Shown here: positions 9,956-17,992 of the stretch, in pieces | Numbering within the stretch: position 1 is the stretch's first letter | How the letters are laid out: each line of letters opens with the position of its first letter | Source of the DNA: a virus | DNA length: 64,000 bases | IMG/VR virus record: IMGVR_UViG_3300045988_168162 | Location: 82,781-146,780 of that record | Direction: 5' to 3' (one strand) | Notes under the pieces: model-generated | What the model was told of the DNA's origin: nothing | Databases searched by the model: none | The model's input: the letters and a program-made list of their open reading frames with translations, nothing else | Translations under genes and position numbers: made by a program

Positions 9956-10948
9956 ATGATCGATGAGAAGCTGATTAAGCTTGCCGTTGACGGCTACCAT
10001 GGTCGACTGGGCAATGAATATAGCGTTGCTGACAGCCAGGAAGTGCTGCGCCAGGCGCTGATTGAGGCTAATAATGGCAGCACCAAGCTGGATTACAAGG
10101 CCGTTCGTGATGGTAAATGCCAGAATCTGTTCGCTATTGCCGAAGTCCTGGTCGAGAAGGTCAGCGAGGAAGGTCTGAAGGGCGACGAGTTCTTTACCAA
10201 CTTTATTGAGGACCGCAACAAGGCGCTGGGCGACGAGGATGTTTTCCATATCACCAAGGATTGCCTGTTTGCCATTGCTGACATTGCCGAGGGCACCCAG
10301 GGCATTCGTCGTCAGCGCATTGAGGCTGGCCAGGACATTACCCTGCACACCAAGCTGCAGGCTGTCAAGGTTTACGAGGAGCTGAACCGCGTTCTGGCTG
10401 GTCGTGTTGACTTTAACCACATGGTTGAGTTGGTTGGCCGCAGCTTTACCCAGAATGATCTGGACGCTGCCTATGCCGCTTTCAATGGCCTGGTTGGCAG
10501 CCTGAGTGCCCCCTACATGCAGACCGGCACCTTTGACGAGGATAAGATGCTGGACCTGATTGCCCATGTTGAGGCTTCTACCGGCGAGACCGCTACCATT
10601 GTTGGCACCAAGAAGGCTCTGCGTAAGATCACTACTGCTGTTATGGCTGATGAGGCCAAGAGCGACATTTACGCAATGGGCTACATGGGCAAACTGGCAG
10701 GTACTAACCTGATCTCCATGAAGCAGCGCCACCAGATTGGCTCTACCAACTTTATCCTGCCTGACGACGTGCTGTATGTTATTGCTGGCGACACCAAGCC
10801 CGTGAAGCGCGTTACCGAGGGCAGTGTTACTATGCTGATGGGCGACCCCATGAACAATGCTGATTTGAGCCAGGATTACCTGATGATGAAGCGCACCGGC
10901 ATTGGCCTGATCATGGACCGTGATTTTGGTGTTTACAAGCTGTCCTGA
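9956..10948 (+). CDS. Major capsid protein
   Basis: 330 aa, AGGAGG SD, strongly biased codon use, position after the scaffold gene, flanked by terminators. Confidence 0.8.
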   Translation: MIDEKLIKLAVDGYHGRLGNEYSVADSQEVLRQALIEANNGSTKLDYKAVRDGKCQNLFAIAEVLVEKVSEEGLKGDEFFTNFIEDRNKALGDEDVFHITKDCLFAIADIAEGTQGIRRQRIEAGQDITLHTKLQAVKVYEELNRVLAGRVDFNHMVELVGRSFTQNDLDAAYAAFNGLVGSLSAPYMQTGTFDEDKMLDLIAHVEASTGETATIVGTKKALRKITTAVMADEAKSDIYAMGYMGKLAGTNLISMKQRHQIGSTNFILPDDVLYVIAGDTKPVKRVTEGSVTMLMGDPMNNADLSQDYLMMKRTGIGLIMDRDFGVYKLS

Positions 10949-10966
10949 TAGATAGCGTAACAATAT

Positions 10967-10996
10967 CCCTGGGCGGGTGACCGCCTGGGGCTTTTT
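10967..10996 (+). terminator. Rho-independent terminator
   Basis: 10-bp stem CCCTGGGCGG / CCGCCTGGGG with GTGA loop, then C TTTTT. Confidence 0.75.
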
Positions 10997-11023
10997 ATTT
11001 GAGTATTTTTGGAGGTACTTATT

Positions 11024-11542
11024 TTGGCAGCAACAAGAAAAATCACGAACGACACCATGGTGGAATGTAAAAACGGCACCCATGGCCCACTGATTTACAA
11101 GAGTAGCCGCAATGCCGGTTATGTTGTGGAGTGGGAGAACTTTGGCGAGGTGCAGGAGATCGACTATGGTGAGCTTTTGAATATGCGAGCCAGCCAGCAG
11201 CGCTTTTTCCGCGATAACTGGATCTTGATTGAAGATGCAGAGGTACTGAGAAAGCTTGGTATGGACCGTTATTACAAAAACGCTCTGACTACGGAGAATT
11301 TTGACGAGGTGTTCCACTGGGCACCCGCCGACATCCGCAGCAAAGTAGCAGCTATGAGCAACGGTATGAAGGACTCTATCCGTATCCGTGCCAAGGAGCT
11401 GGTGAAAACCGGAGAACTGGACAGCCGCGGCGTGATCAAAGCACTGAACGAGGTGCTGCACTGCGACCTGGAAGAAGATATTGAGCTGGAAACCAAGAAG
11501 CCCAAAGCCAAGAAAGCCATTGAGACTTTTACCATTGAATAA
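11024..11542 (+). CDS. Hypothetical head/neck module protein
   Basis: TTG 11024 lies 7 nt after GGAGGT. ORF runs to 11542. Confidence 0.5.
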   Translation: MAATRKITNDTMVECKNGTHGPLIYKSSRNAGYVVEWENFGEVQEIDYGELLNMRASQQRFFRDNWILIEDAEVLRKLGMDRYYKNALTTENFDEVFHWAPADIRSKVAAMSNGMKDSIRIRAKELVKTGELDSRGVIKALNEVLHCDLEEDIELETKKPKAKKAIETFTIE

Positions 11543-11556
11543 TGGAGGTGTGAGCC

Positions 11557-11991
11557 ATGGGCACTAAATACGAGGAAGTCTATGAGCGTTATCGTGCCCG
11601 AGTTCGCAACTACGAATTTCTGGACTACGATGCATTGACACGCGGGACATATCAGCTGGATCTTTTACATTTGGCTATTAGTGATTTTGAGGAGATCTGC
11701 AAGCAGGATTTAAACGATAGGGAAGACGATATCCTGCGCTTTAACATTACTTTGACCAACCGGGAGAAGGATATTTTGGCGCTGGGAATGGTACTTCATT
11801 TCGTGGAGCCATATGTGTACAACACGGATGCTTTGCAGAATGCCTTGAACACAAAGGACTTTACGCTATACAGCCCAGCCAATCTGCTGGAAAAGATGAC
11901 AGACTTGATGAACATTACCAGCAAGCGGCTGAAAGGGGAGATCAACCTGTATTCCTTTAGGAATGGAGAGATTTCCAGCCTGACCGAGTGA
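11557..11991 (+). CDS. Putative head-tail connector protein
   Basis: GGAGGTG SD. Called on position and size (144 aa) only. Confidence 0.4.
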   Translation: MGTKYEEVYERYRARVRNYEFLDYDALTRGTYQLDLLHLAISDFEEICKQDLNDREDDILRFNITLTNREKDILALGMVLHFVEPYVYNTDALQNALNTKDFTLYSPANLLEKMTDLMNITSKRLKGEINLYSFRNGEISSLTE

Positions 11992-12003
11992 GGTGATGTC
12001 CCC

Positions 12004-13008
12004 ATGAACTATGAGATGTATGCCGCTATGCTTGGCGGGGCAGGAAGCAGCCGCCGAAGCCGCATTATTGCGAAATCTGCCCATGATACAAACCACATGG
12101 GGCCTGATTCGCCCGCCTATAAACAGGTGGAGATCGAGGGTGTGCCGCACCACATGATGATTATTTCCAGCACGGTCACGAACCAGAAGATCATACGCAC
12201 TTTACCTGGCGATGATTTTGAGATCGGCAAGATCATGCTGTGGAGTAAGAGCCATTGGTTGATCACGGAGCGTGATGCTGACGATGAAATTACGGTGCGC
12301 GGCAAGATCGAGCTGTGTAACCGCAATATCCAATGGCAGGATGACGAGACCGGCGAGATCATTACCCGCTGGGCCGTTGTGGACAAGCCTTATTTCTCGA
12401 ACCTTTCGGAAAACAAGCTGATGACGCTTTCGAGCCGCGAATTCCAGATAAAAATACCGTATGACGAAGAATCCAGTTTACTGGACATTGGCAAACGATT
12501 GATGCTGGAAGAGATCAATGGCCAGGCCAAAACCTACCGCATTACCTGTGTGGATGGTATGACCGAGCGCTATGACCGCGACGATGAGCAGACCGGTTTT
12601 TTGGTGTTGAACCTTGAGCAGGATCAGCTTGACCCGAGCACGGATAGCAAGGCCGAGATGATTTGCGATTATAAGGAAGCGAAGAAGGTGCCGGAAGTTG
12701 GCAACGTAGCGATCAAGTACAGCGGCGAAGCCAAAGTACGTATTTGCGGCCGTGGCAAAGTATTGACTGCTACCCGTGACGGCAAAGAATACAATGACTG
12801 CATCTGGCATATTGAGCCGGATGATGAGCTGCTTCGTGAACAGGTGTATTTTGCGGAATCGGCAAATTGGGACCATTTTGTGGGAGGCAAGTGCCGGATT
12901 GCTGCGGCGGATAATCCAAAATTGAACGGGCATAGTGTTACGGTTACGGTACTATCCCCGGACGAAAAGAGCCGAGACAGTGTTGTGATAAAGGTGGTGG
13001 ATGCATGA
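12004..13008 (+). CDS. Putative neck/head-tail joining protein
   Basis: GAGGTGATG SD, 334 aa. Called on position only. Confidence 0.45.
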   Translation: MNYEMYAAMLGGAGSSRRSRIIAKSAHDTNHMGPDSPAYKQVEIEGVPHHMMIISSTVTNQKIIRTLPGDDFEIGKIMLWSKSHWLITERDADDEITVRGKIELCNRNIQWQDDETGEIITRWAVVDKPYFSNLSENKLMTLSSREFQIKIPYDEESSLLDIGKRLMLEEINGQAKTYRITCVDGMTERYDRDDEQTGFLVLNLEQDQLDPSTDSKAEMICDYKEAKKVPEVGNVAIKYSGEAKVRICGRGKVLTATRDGKEYNDCIWHIEPDDELLREQVYFAESANWDHFVGGKCRIAAADNPKLNGHSVTVTVLSPDEKSRDSVVIKVVDA

Positions 13009-13508
13009 ACCTGAGCGAACTTGGCGCGTACAAGCACAAGGTGGCCGGGTTGTTTGCAAGTGACCCCGATATTATTGACTTGATGCTTGGCCCTGTTGAT
13101 GACGATGCGGATACTGATGAAATGCTGCTGGGAGACGACAAAGACTCCTGCGGGCATATTTACGAGTTTGAGTATACGCCGGACATTAACGAAACAACAG
13201 ATACTTACCTTTGTATGGAGACTGTTGTGGCAAAAGCACCGACTGATACAGCGTACCGCGTGTATTTGTATGTGTTTGCATATTGCCACAAGAAGATCAT
13301 GCAGAATTATAAAAAAGAAGGGCGGCTTGGCACCAGGGCAGATATACTGGCCGAGGATGTTGACCGCCTTTTGAATGGCAACCCGGATTTTGGAATTGGA
13401 CTTGTGCGCCTTGTAAATAACGAGGTGTATAAACCTGTGAACAACTATTACGGGCGCTGCCTTTGCTATGAGATACAGTCGTTTAACAGAAAGCGTGGCA
13501 CGAAATGA
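13005..13508 (+). CDS. Hypothetical neck/tail protein
   Basis: Start is coupled to the upstream gene by an ATGA overlap. Confidence 0.45.
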   Translation: MNLSELGAYKHKVAGLFASDPDIIDLMLGPVDDDADTDEMLLGDDKDSCGHIYEFEYTPDINETTDTYLCMETVVAKAPTDTAYRVYLYVFAYCHKKIMQNYKKEGRLGTRADILAEDVDRLLNGNPDFGIGLVRLVNNEVYKPVNNYYGRCLCYEIQSFNRKRGTK

Positions 13509-14293
13509 AAGTGCCTTATTTTGAACTACTGAATCCGATTGGTTTTATGGTAGATGGGATTGGACGAGTACATTCGCCAAAATTGCGTACCATTTGCAAA
13601 CGCGGCTATAAAAATTACCAGTATGCGTTGACGCTTTTGCTTATGACCCCGCATGATTTTTTTGCGGGGATTGCTGCGGCACTACATGAGGAAAAGAACC
13701 CCTATGATGAATTACCGCAAGAGCAGAAGGACGCGCTGCATATCTTTGATTTACTTACTGCAGACGAACAGACCCAGGGCGAGATAGTAACCGCCTTGGG
13801 CTTTTTTATTGATGGTACGATCACATTTGAGCCGAGCCACCGCTGCTTTTTAGTAAATGCGGTGCAGGACGAAACAGGGGCACTAGCAGTGGACGGCATG
13901 ATCAATGCAGAGAATTGGACGTTGGTGTGCGATGTATGCCTGCAATGTGCCTATTTAGACCCGCCCAAAGATAAACAGGCGCACAAATACCGGGATGAAA
14001 AGACACGCAAAAAGTTTGAAGAGTTCTACCGCAAGAAAGCGGAGTACGAGAAAAACAAACGCGGCGGGAAAAAGGCCGACCCTGATTATGAATTGGCCAA
14101 CATCATCTCGGCACTGGCTACCTACCATGACAGCCTGAACATGGCAAATATCTGGAACCTGACGGTGTACCAAGTACATGACACCTTCAACCGCCAGAGA
14201 ATGAAACAACAGATAGATATTACTGACTTTAACTACTCGGTTTGGGGCGGAAAAGACCACCAGGCCGATTTGTGGTTTAAAAAACTGACTTAA
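13505..14293 (+). CDS. Hypothetical neck/tail protein
   Basis: Start is coupled to the upstream gene by an ATGA overlap. 262 aa. Confidence 0.45.
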   Translation: MKVPYFELLNPIGFMVDGIGRVHSPKLRTICKRGYKNYQYALTLLLMTPHDFFAGIAAALHEEKNPYDELPQEQKDALHIFDLLTADEQTQGEIVTALGFFIDGTITFEPSHRCFLVNAVQDETGALAVDGMINAENWTLVCDVCLQCAYLDPPKDKQAHKYRDEKTRKKFEEFYRKKAEYEKNKRGGKKADPDYELANIISALATYHDSLNMANIWNLTVYQVHDTFNRQRMKQQIDITDFNYSVWGGKDHQADLWFKKLT

Positions 14294-14314
14294 CAACATA
14301 AAGGAGATTGCACT

Positions 14315-15049
14315 ATGGCTATGAATCCTAATATGGCTAACCGTGAGGTTATGAACCTGGTTCTGCTGGACTACAAGACCAAGGTCCCTTACATGAACAT
14401 TGACTTTGCTAATGTTTCTACCACCAACTTTACCGCCAACCGTGTGTACGCCAAGGGCGGCTGGGGTGCCCCTAACCGCGTTGGCTTTGACGGCGAGCGT
14501 ACCGGCACCCTGCAGATCGACACCCAGATCATGCCTGCCAAGCTGTTTGCGCTGCTTTCCGGCAAGGATATTGCCAAGACCGCCAAGGTCCTGAAGCGTG
14601 AGGAGCTGGCTGCCGGTGCTGACGGTCTGGAGCTGACCGAGGAGCCCAAGACCGGTACTGTCCAGGTGTTTGCTGCGTCTGACGATTGCGGCACCCCCAT
14701 TTCTGGCGTTACCGCTACCGGCAAGAAGGTTACTGCTACCGGCATTACCGAGAACCAGAACTACATTGTTTACTACTACCTGGACAAGACCACCGGTGTG
14801 CAGAGCATTAAGTTTGACGCAGACACCTTCCCGAAGGCTTTTGAGATCCGCGGCGAGATGCCCTTTAAGACCGAGGACGAAGAGGATGTTATGTGCGACC
14901 TGACCTACTACAAGGCTCAGCCGCAGGCCACCTTTAACCTGGCTTTCCAGAACACCGGTGATCCGACCACTGTGTCCATCACCTTTGACTGCTACGCCAA
15001 CCAGGATGGCGATATTTACGAGATGACTTTTGAGGACGGCACTGTCTGA
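14315..15049 (+). CDS. Major tail (tube) protein
   Basis: AAAGGAG SD, strongly biased codon use like the capsid gene, 244 aa, own terminator. No sheath gene is present. Confidence 0.65.
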   Translation: MAMNPNMANREVMNLVLLDYKTKVPYMNIDFANVSTTNFTANRVYAKGGWGAPNRVGFDGERTGTLQIDTQIMPAKLFALLSGKDIAKTAKVLKREELAAGADGLELTEEPKTGTVQVFAASDDCGTPISGVTATGKKVTATGITENQNYIVYYYLDKTTGVQSIKFDADTFPKAFEIRGEMPFKTEDEEDVMCDLTYYKAQPQATFNLAFQNTGDPTTVSITFDCYANQDGDIYEMTFEDGTV

Positions 15050-15075
15050 TCCTTGATTGACTGAACCTAGAAACA

Positions 15076-15100
15076 GGGGAGCTACGGCTCCCTTGTTTTT
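15076..15100 (+). terminator. Rho-independent terminator
   Basis: GGGGAGC-TACG-GCTCCCT hairpin followed by TGTTTTT. Confidence 0.7.
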
Positions 15101-15121
15101 AGATTTTAAGGAGATGAAAAC

Positions 15122-15424
15122 ATGGAAGAGATTAAGTTTGTGGAGACTACAGCAGCGGAACTGCCTGCCGCGCAGGTAAAGAAGCCGCGCAAGAAGGCGA
15201 AGCCGCAGGCTGAAGAGGTTGTTATGGAGACTATGCCGGAGACGCAAGTGCCGCCGATGCAGCAGGGGATTGTTGTTTACCGCAATGAGGCTACCGATGT
15301 ACTGGGTTTTGAGTGCGATGGCCATGGCTACCAGGTGCCAGGCGCAAAAGAACTGGGGTATAAGCTTGGCGACAATGTCGATTTTATGGTAGTTGATGGA
15401 AAGATCGTGTTTGGCATTGCGTAA
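15122..15424 (+). CDS. Hypothetical protein
   Basis: AAGGAG SD, 100 aa. Confidence 0.5.
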   Translation: MEEIKFVETTAAELPAAQVKKPRKKAKPQAEEVVMETMPETQVPPMQQGIVVYRNEATDVLGFECDGHGYQVPGAKELGYKLGDNVDFMVVDGKIVFGIA

Positions 15425-15815
15425 TAAGTACAAAGTTTCGGCAAAAGAGGACCGCACCTATGATGGGATTGTGTTTGACTCTAAGGCCGAGATGAAATAC
15501 TACCGGGATGTTGTGCTGCCCGGCGTTGCCAACGGGACGATTGTGGATTATCAGTTACAAAAGCCGTATGAGCTGCAGCCGAAATTTAAACATGACGGCA
15601 AAACCGTGCGAGCTATAACTTATGTATGTGATTTTTACCTGGTGTATGCAGATGGGCATACTGAGGTAATTGATATAAAAGGTATGGCGACTACGGAAGC
15701 ATTGCTGAAGCGAAAGCTGTTTATGTACAGATACCCGGATGAAAACTGTATATGGCTGGTGGAACGCAAGGCCGGTTGGATACGATATGAAGATTGCAAA
15801 AAGCGTAAAAAATAG
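15396..15815 (+). CDS. DUF1064-family PD-(D/E)XK-like nuclease
   Basis: KYKVSAKE..YDGIVFDSKAEMKYYRDV..ELQPKF..RAITYVCDF..VIDIKGMATTEALLKRKLF matches the DUF1064 pattern known from staphylococcal phages. Confidence 0.85.
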   Translation: MERSCLALRNKYKVSAKEDRTYDGIVFDSKAEMKYYRDVVLPGVANGTIVDYQLQKPYELQPKFKHDGKTVRAITYVCDFYLVYADGHTEVIDIKGMATTEALLKRKLFMYRYPDENCIWLVERKAGWIRYEDCKKRKK

Positions 15816-15825
15816 GGAGGCTTTT

Positions 15826-15864
15826 ATGACCAATAAAATTTTGCGGGGGGGGGTACTCCCTTAA
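15826..15864 (+). promoter_or_regulatory. Leader ORF L1 with G9 tract (15845-15853)
   Basis: GGGAGG SD 5 nt upstream. As sequenced it encodes MTNKILRGGVLP and stops at TAA 15862. Confidence 0.6.
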
Positions 15865-15906
15865 TGTAGTACCCGAAATGCACCTTACGAAAGTGGGGTG
15901 TTGGGT

Positions 15907-16239
15907 ATGAGTGTTGCGCTGATGAGTGCAGGCGGCGGTAGCGGAAGTATTACAAGAGTAGAGCTTGTAGATTTGTCATTTTCACGATATAGTGGTAGTT
16001 TTACTAAAACGGCAGATGTTTCTTCGTATAAAGGATACAAAAAATTCACTAATGATAATTTTGTTGTTATGACGACATCTGTATATATGGGTGATAGCGA
16101 CGCTTATGCAGGCAGCAGTTACAGTGTGTCTTACAATCAAGATACTGGAATTGTTACTTTTACTGTGAAGATAAATACGAACGCAAATGGCGGGTATCAT
16201 CAACATTCTGCTTCTGCCAAAGGATATTTATTTTACTAA
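15907..16239 (+). CDS. MSVALMG-family paralog P1
   Basis: N-terminus MSVALMSAGGGSGS. 110 aa. AT-rich relative to its flanks. Confidence 0.65.
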   Translation: MSVALMSAGGGSGSITRVELVDLSFSRYSGSFTKTADVSSYKGYKKFTNDNFVVMTTSVYMGDSDAYAGSSYSVSYNQDTGIVTFTVKINTNANGGYHQHSASAKGYLFY

Positions 16240-16258
16240 TTAAAACAAGGAGTTATTT

Positions 16259-16300
16259 ATGAATTACATGAATTTTGTCCGGGGGGGGGGTACTGTGTAA
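16259..16300 (+). promoter_or_regulatory. Leader ORF L2 with G10 tract (16281-16290)
   Basis: AAGGAG SD 6 nt upstream. As sequenced it encodes MNYMNFVRGGGTV and stops at TAA 16298. Confidence 0.6.
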
Positions 16301-16348
16301 ACCATAGTATCTCCGAAGCATCTCGTTTAGAAAGCGAGGTGCTGTGAT

Positions 16349-16792
16349 ATGGCATTAGCTTTGATGGGGCCTGGCGGTGGCGGAAGTAATAAAGAAATAT
16401 CAAAAATGAAGTCTACAAGACTATGGACGAACGCAAACTCTTTTAAGAATTTTGACGGAAACGGTATCAAAGGAGGCCCTGGCTCCACACCAAATATTCC
16501 ACTTTCAAATTTAACTGATTATGATGTACTCGCTATTGCGTGTAAATTATACACTAACAGTTCTAATGACAATCCATTTATTAACTATATTGGAGTAAAA
16601 GAACAAATTTTGAATGGGAAAAATGGTGGATTATTTATATTGTGTGGAGGAACTGGCGGATCTGCTGGCGTTTTTAGAAACGCGCGTCTTCTCTCTACTG
16701 GCCTTTGTGTTACGTGGGACACAGGATCACTGGACGGGGAACATGTATCTAATGATGGAGCAATTCCATTGTATGTAGATGGATTAAAGTAA
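16349..16792 (+). CDS. MSVALMG-family paralog P2
   Basis: N-terminus MALALMGPGGGGSN. The LWTNAN motif is shared with P4. Confidence 0.65.
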   Translation: MALALMGPGGGGSNKEISKMKSTRLWTNANSFKNFDGNGIKGGPGSTPNIPLSNLTDYDVLAIACKLYTNSSNDNPFINYIGVKEQILNGKNGGLFILCGGTGGSAGVFRNARLLSTGLCVTWDTGSLDGEHVSNDGAIPLYVDGLK

Positions 16793-16801
16793 GAGGTAAA
16801 T

Positions 16802-17221
16802 ATGAAAATCTATGATGAGATCACTAAAGAGGAGCTGACGGCTCCTGATGAAAGTAAAGGTTATCTGTATGATAGCCAGATTAAAACTGGCATGACTAAG
16901 GACGCCTATGAAGTTATGGTAGGAACTGTTACTGAGGATTGTCCGAATGGCTTGCGCCGTTTGATCCCCGGCCATGCTGTTTTTGAGGCTTGCCAGTTCT
17001 ACCATACATATACCGACGAGGAAATCAAGCGCATGGAAGAGCAGGCTGCTGCGGAGCAGGCTGCAAAAGACCGTGAGGCCAAGATTGCGATGATTGACTC
17101 GATTGATGCGCAGGTGACTTATACTGCCATGATGACGGATACGCTGATGGAAGAGACTGATAGCGGTGAAGGCTCCGGCAGTGATGGCGCGGCTGATTCT
17201 ACTGATAGCAAGGAGGCTTAA
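16802..17221 (+). CDS. Hypothetical protein occupying the XkdW position upstream of an XkdX-like gene
   Basis: AAGAGGT SD, MKIYDEITKEELTAPDESKGYLYD N-terminus, coiled acidic C-terminus. Confidence 0.4.
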   Translation: MKIYDEITKEELTAPDESKGYLYDSQIKTGMTKDAYEVMVGTVTEDCPNGLRRLIPGHAVFEACQFYHTYTDEEIKRMEEQAAAEQAAKDREAKIAMIDSIDAQVTYTAMMTDTLMEETDSGEGSGSDGAADSTDSKEA

Positions 17222-17223
17222 TT

Positions 17224-17352
17224 ATGTTTGAGAAAATTAAGCGTTGGTATCCGAAACTGTGGAACAAAACCATGGTGAAGAATGCTGTAAAGAAGGGTGT
17301 TATTACTCCTGAACAGTACAAGGAAATTGTTGGAGAGGAGTATAAAGCATGA
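17224..17352 (+). CDS. xkdX: XkdX-family small protein
   Basis: 42 aa, MFEKIKRWYPKLWNKTMVKNAVKKGVITPEQYKEIVGEEYKA. Not in the ORF track. Its TGA overlaps the ATG of P3. Confidence 0.7.
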   Translation: MFEKIKRWYPKLWNKTMVKNAVKKGVITPEQYKEIVGEEYKA

Positions 17353-17864
17353 GTGTTGCAATGATGGGGGCTGGCGGTATCGTAAACAATCGCGCTTCTC
17401 TAGTGCCTGCTATGACATCTAACAGTCAAAATGGTTATACAGTTTCTGCAAGTAATTACTATAATAATGATAGTAGCCTTTACCCAATTTGGCACGCTTT
17501 TGATGGCAACACCATTCGTGGTGGGTGGGCTGAACAAGCAAATGGTTCTACGCTATACGTCGGTGCCAGTAATAGAAACGTAGATGTTGATATTACATTT
17601 CCAAAAGAAGTATCCGTGCATGCTGTAAAAGTTATTGCATCAACCTATGAAGCTGGTGGTGTTCGACAGCCTGCAAGTGCCTCACTTTCCTATTGCAATA
17701 AATCCGGTTCATATATTTCAGTTAATATTAACCAAATAGCTGCCGGTAAATCTGGCACGACAGACGACTGTAATGGAGTCGAATATCCTAAAAGTAAAAA
17801 ATGGCGTGTCACTTTAGTAAGATTGGGTGAATATATTGGGTTAAATCAGATTCTTTTATTTTAA
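17349..17864 (+). CDS. MSVALMG-family paralog P3 with discoidin/galactose-binding-like domain
   Basis: N-terminus MSVAMMGAGG. The body reads SASNYYNNDSSLYPIWHAFDGNTIRGGW..VDVDITFPKEVSVHAVKV..KKWRVTLVR..IGLNQILLF, an F5/8-type-C-like pattern. Confidence 0.6.
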   Translation: MSVAMMGAGGIVNNRASLVPAMTSNSQNGYTVSASNYYNNDSSLYPIWHAFDGNTIRGGWAEQANGSTLYVGASNRNVDVDITFPKEVSVHAVKVIASTYEAGGVRQPASASLSYCNKSGSYISVNINQIAAGKSGTTDDCNGVEYPKSKKWRVTLVRLGEYIGLNQILLF

Positions 17865-17899
17865 ATGTTTATTATCGAATTTAATTGGAGGTATATTTT

Positions 17900-17992
17900 A
17901 TGATTAAGAATATTCTGCGGGGGGGGGGGTATAGTAATCTAAACTATACCTCTGATATGGATACTTGTGCCGGAAAGGCGGTGCGAGTATGA
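17900..17992 (+). promoter_or_regulatory. Leader ORF L3 with G11 tract (17919-17929)
   Basis: GGAGG SD 8 nt upstream. Encodes 30 aa, MIKNILRGGGYSNLNYTSDMDTCAGKAVRV. Its TGA overlaps ATG 17989 of P4. Confidence 0.6.

Noticed and set aside
15122-15815. Programmed -1 frameshift (gpG/gpGT-type chaperone) joining 15122-15424 to the overlapping ORF
   Set aside because: The downstream ORF is a complete DUF1064 nuclease with its own ATG, and no slippery heptamer is evident in the overlap.
15845-17929. Poly-G runs as sequencing or assembly artefacts, or as sites that fuse leader and paralog by frameshifting
   Set aside because: Three runs occur in the same sequence context at equivalent positions of three cassettes, which argues against random artefacts, though the exact lengths could carry homopolymer error. 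Fusion is excluded because, in all three cassettes, every frame downstream of the tract hits a stop before or at the paralog ATG.
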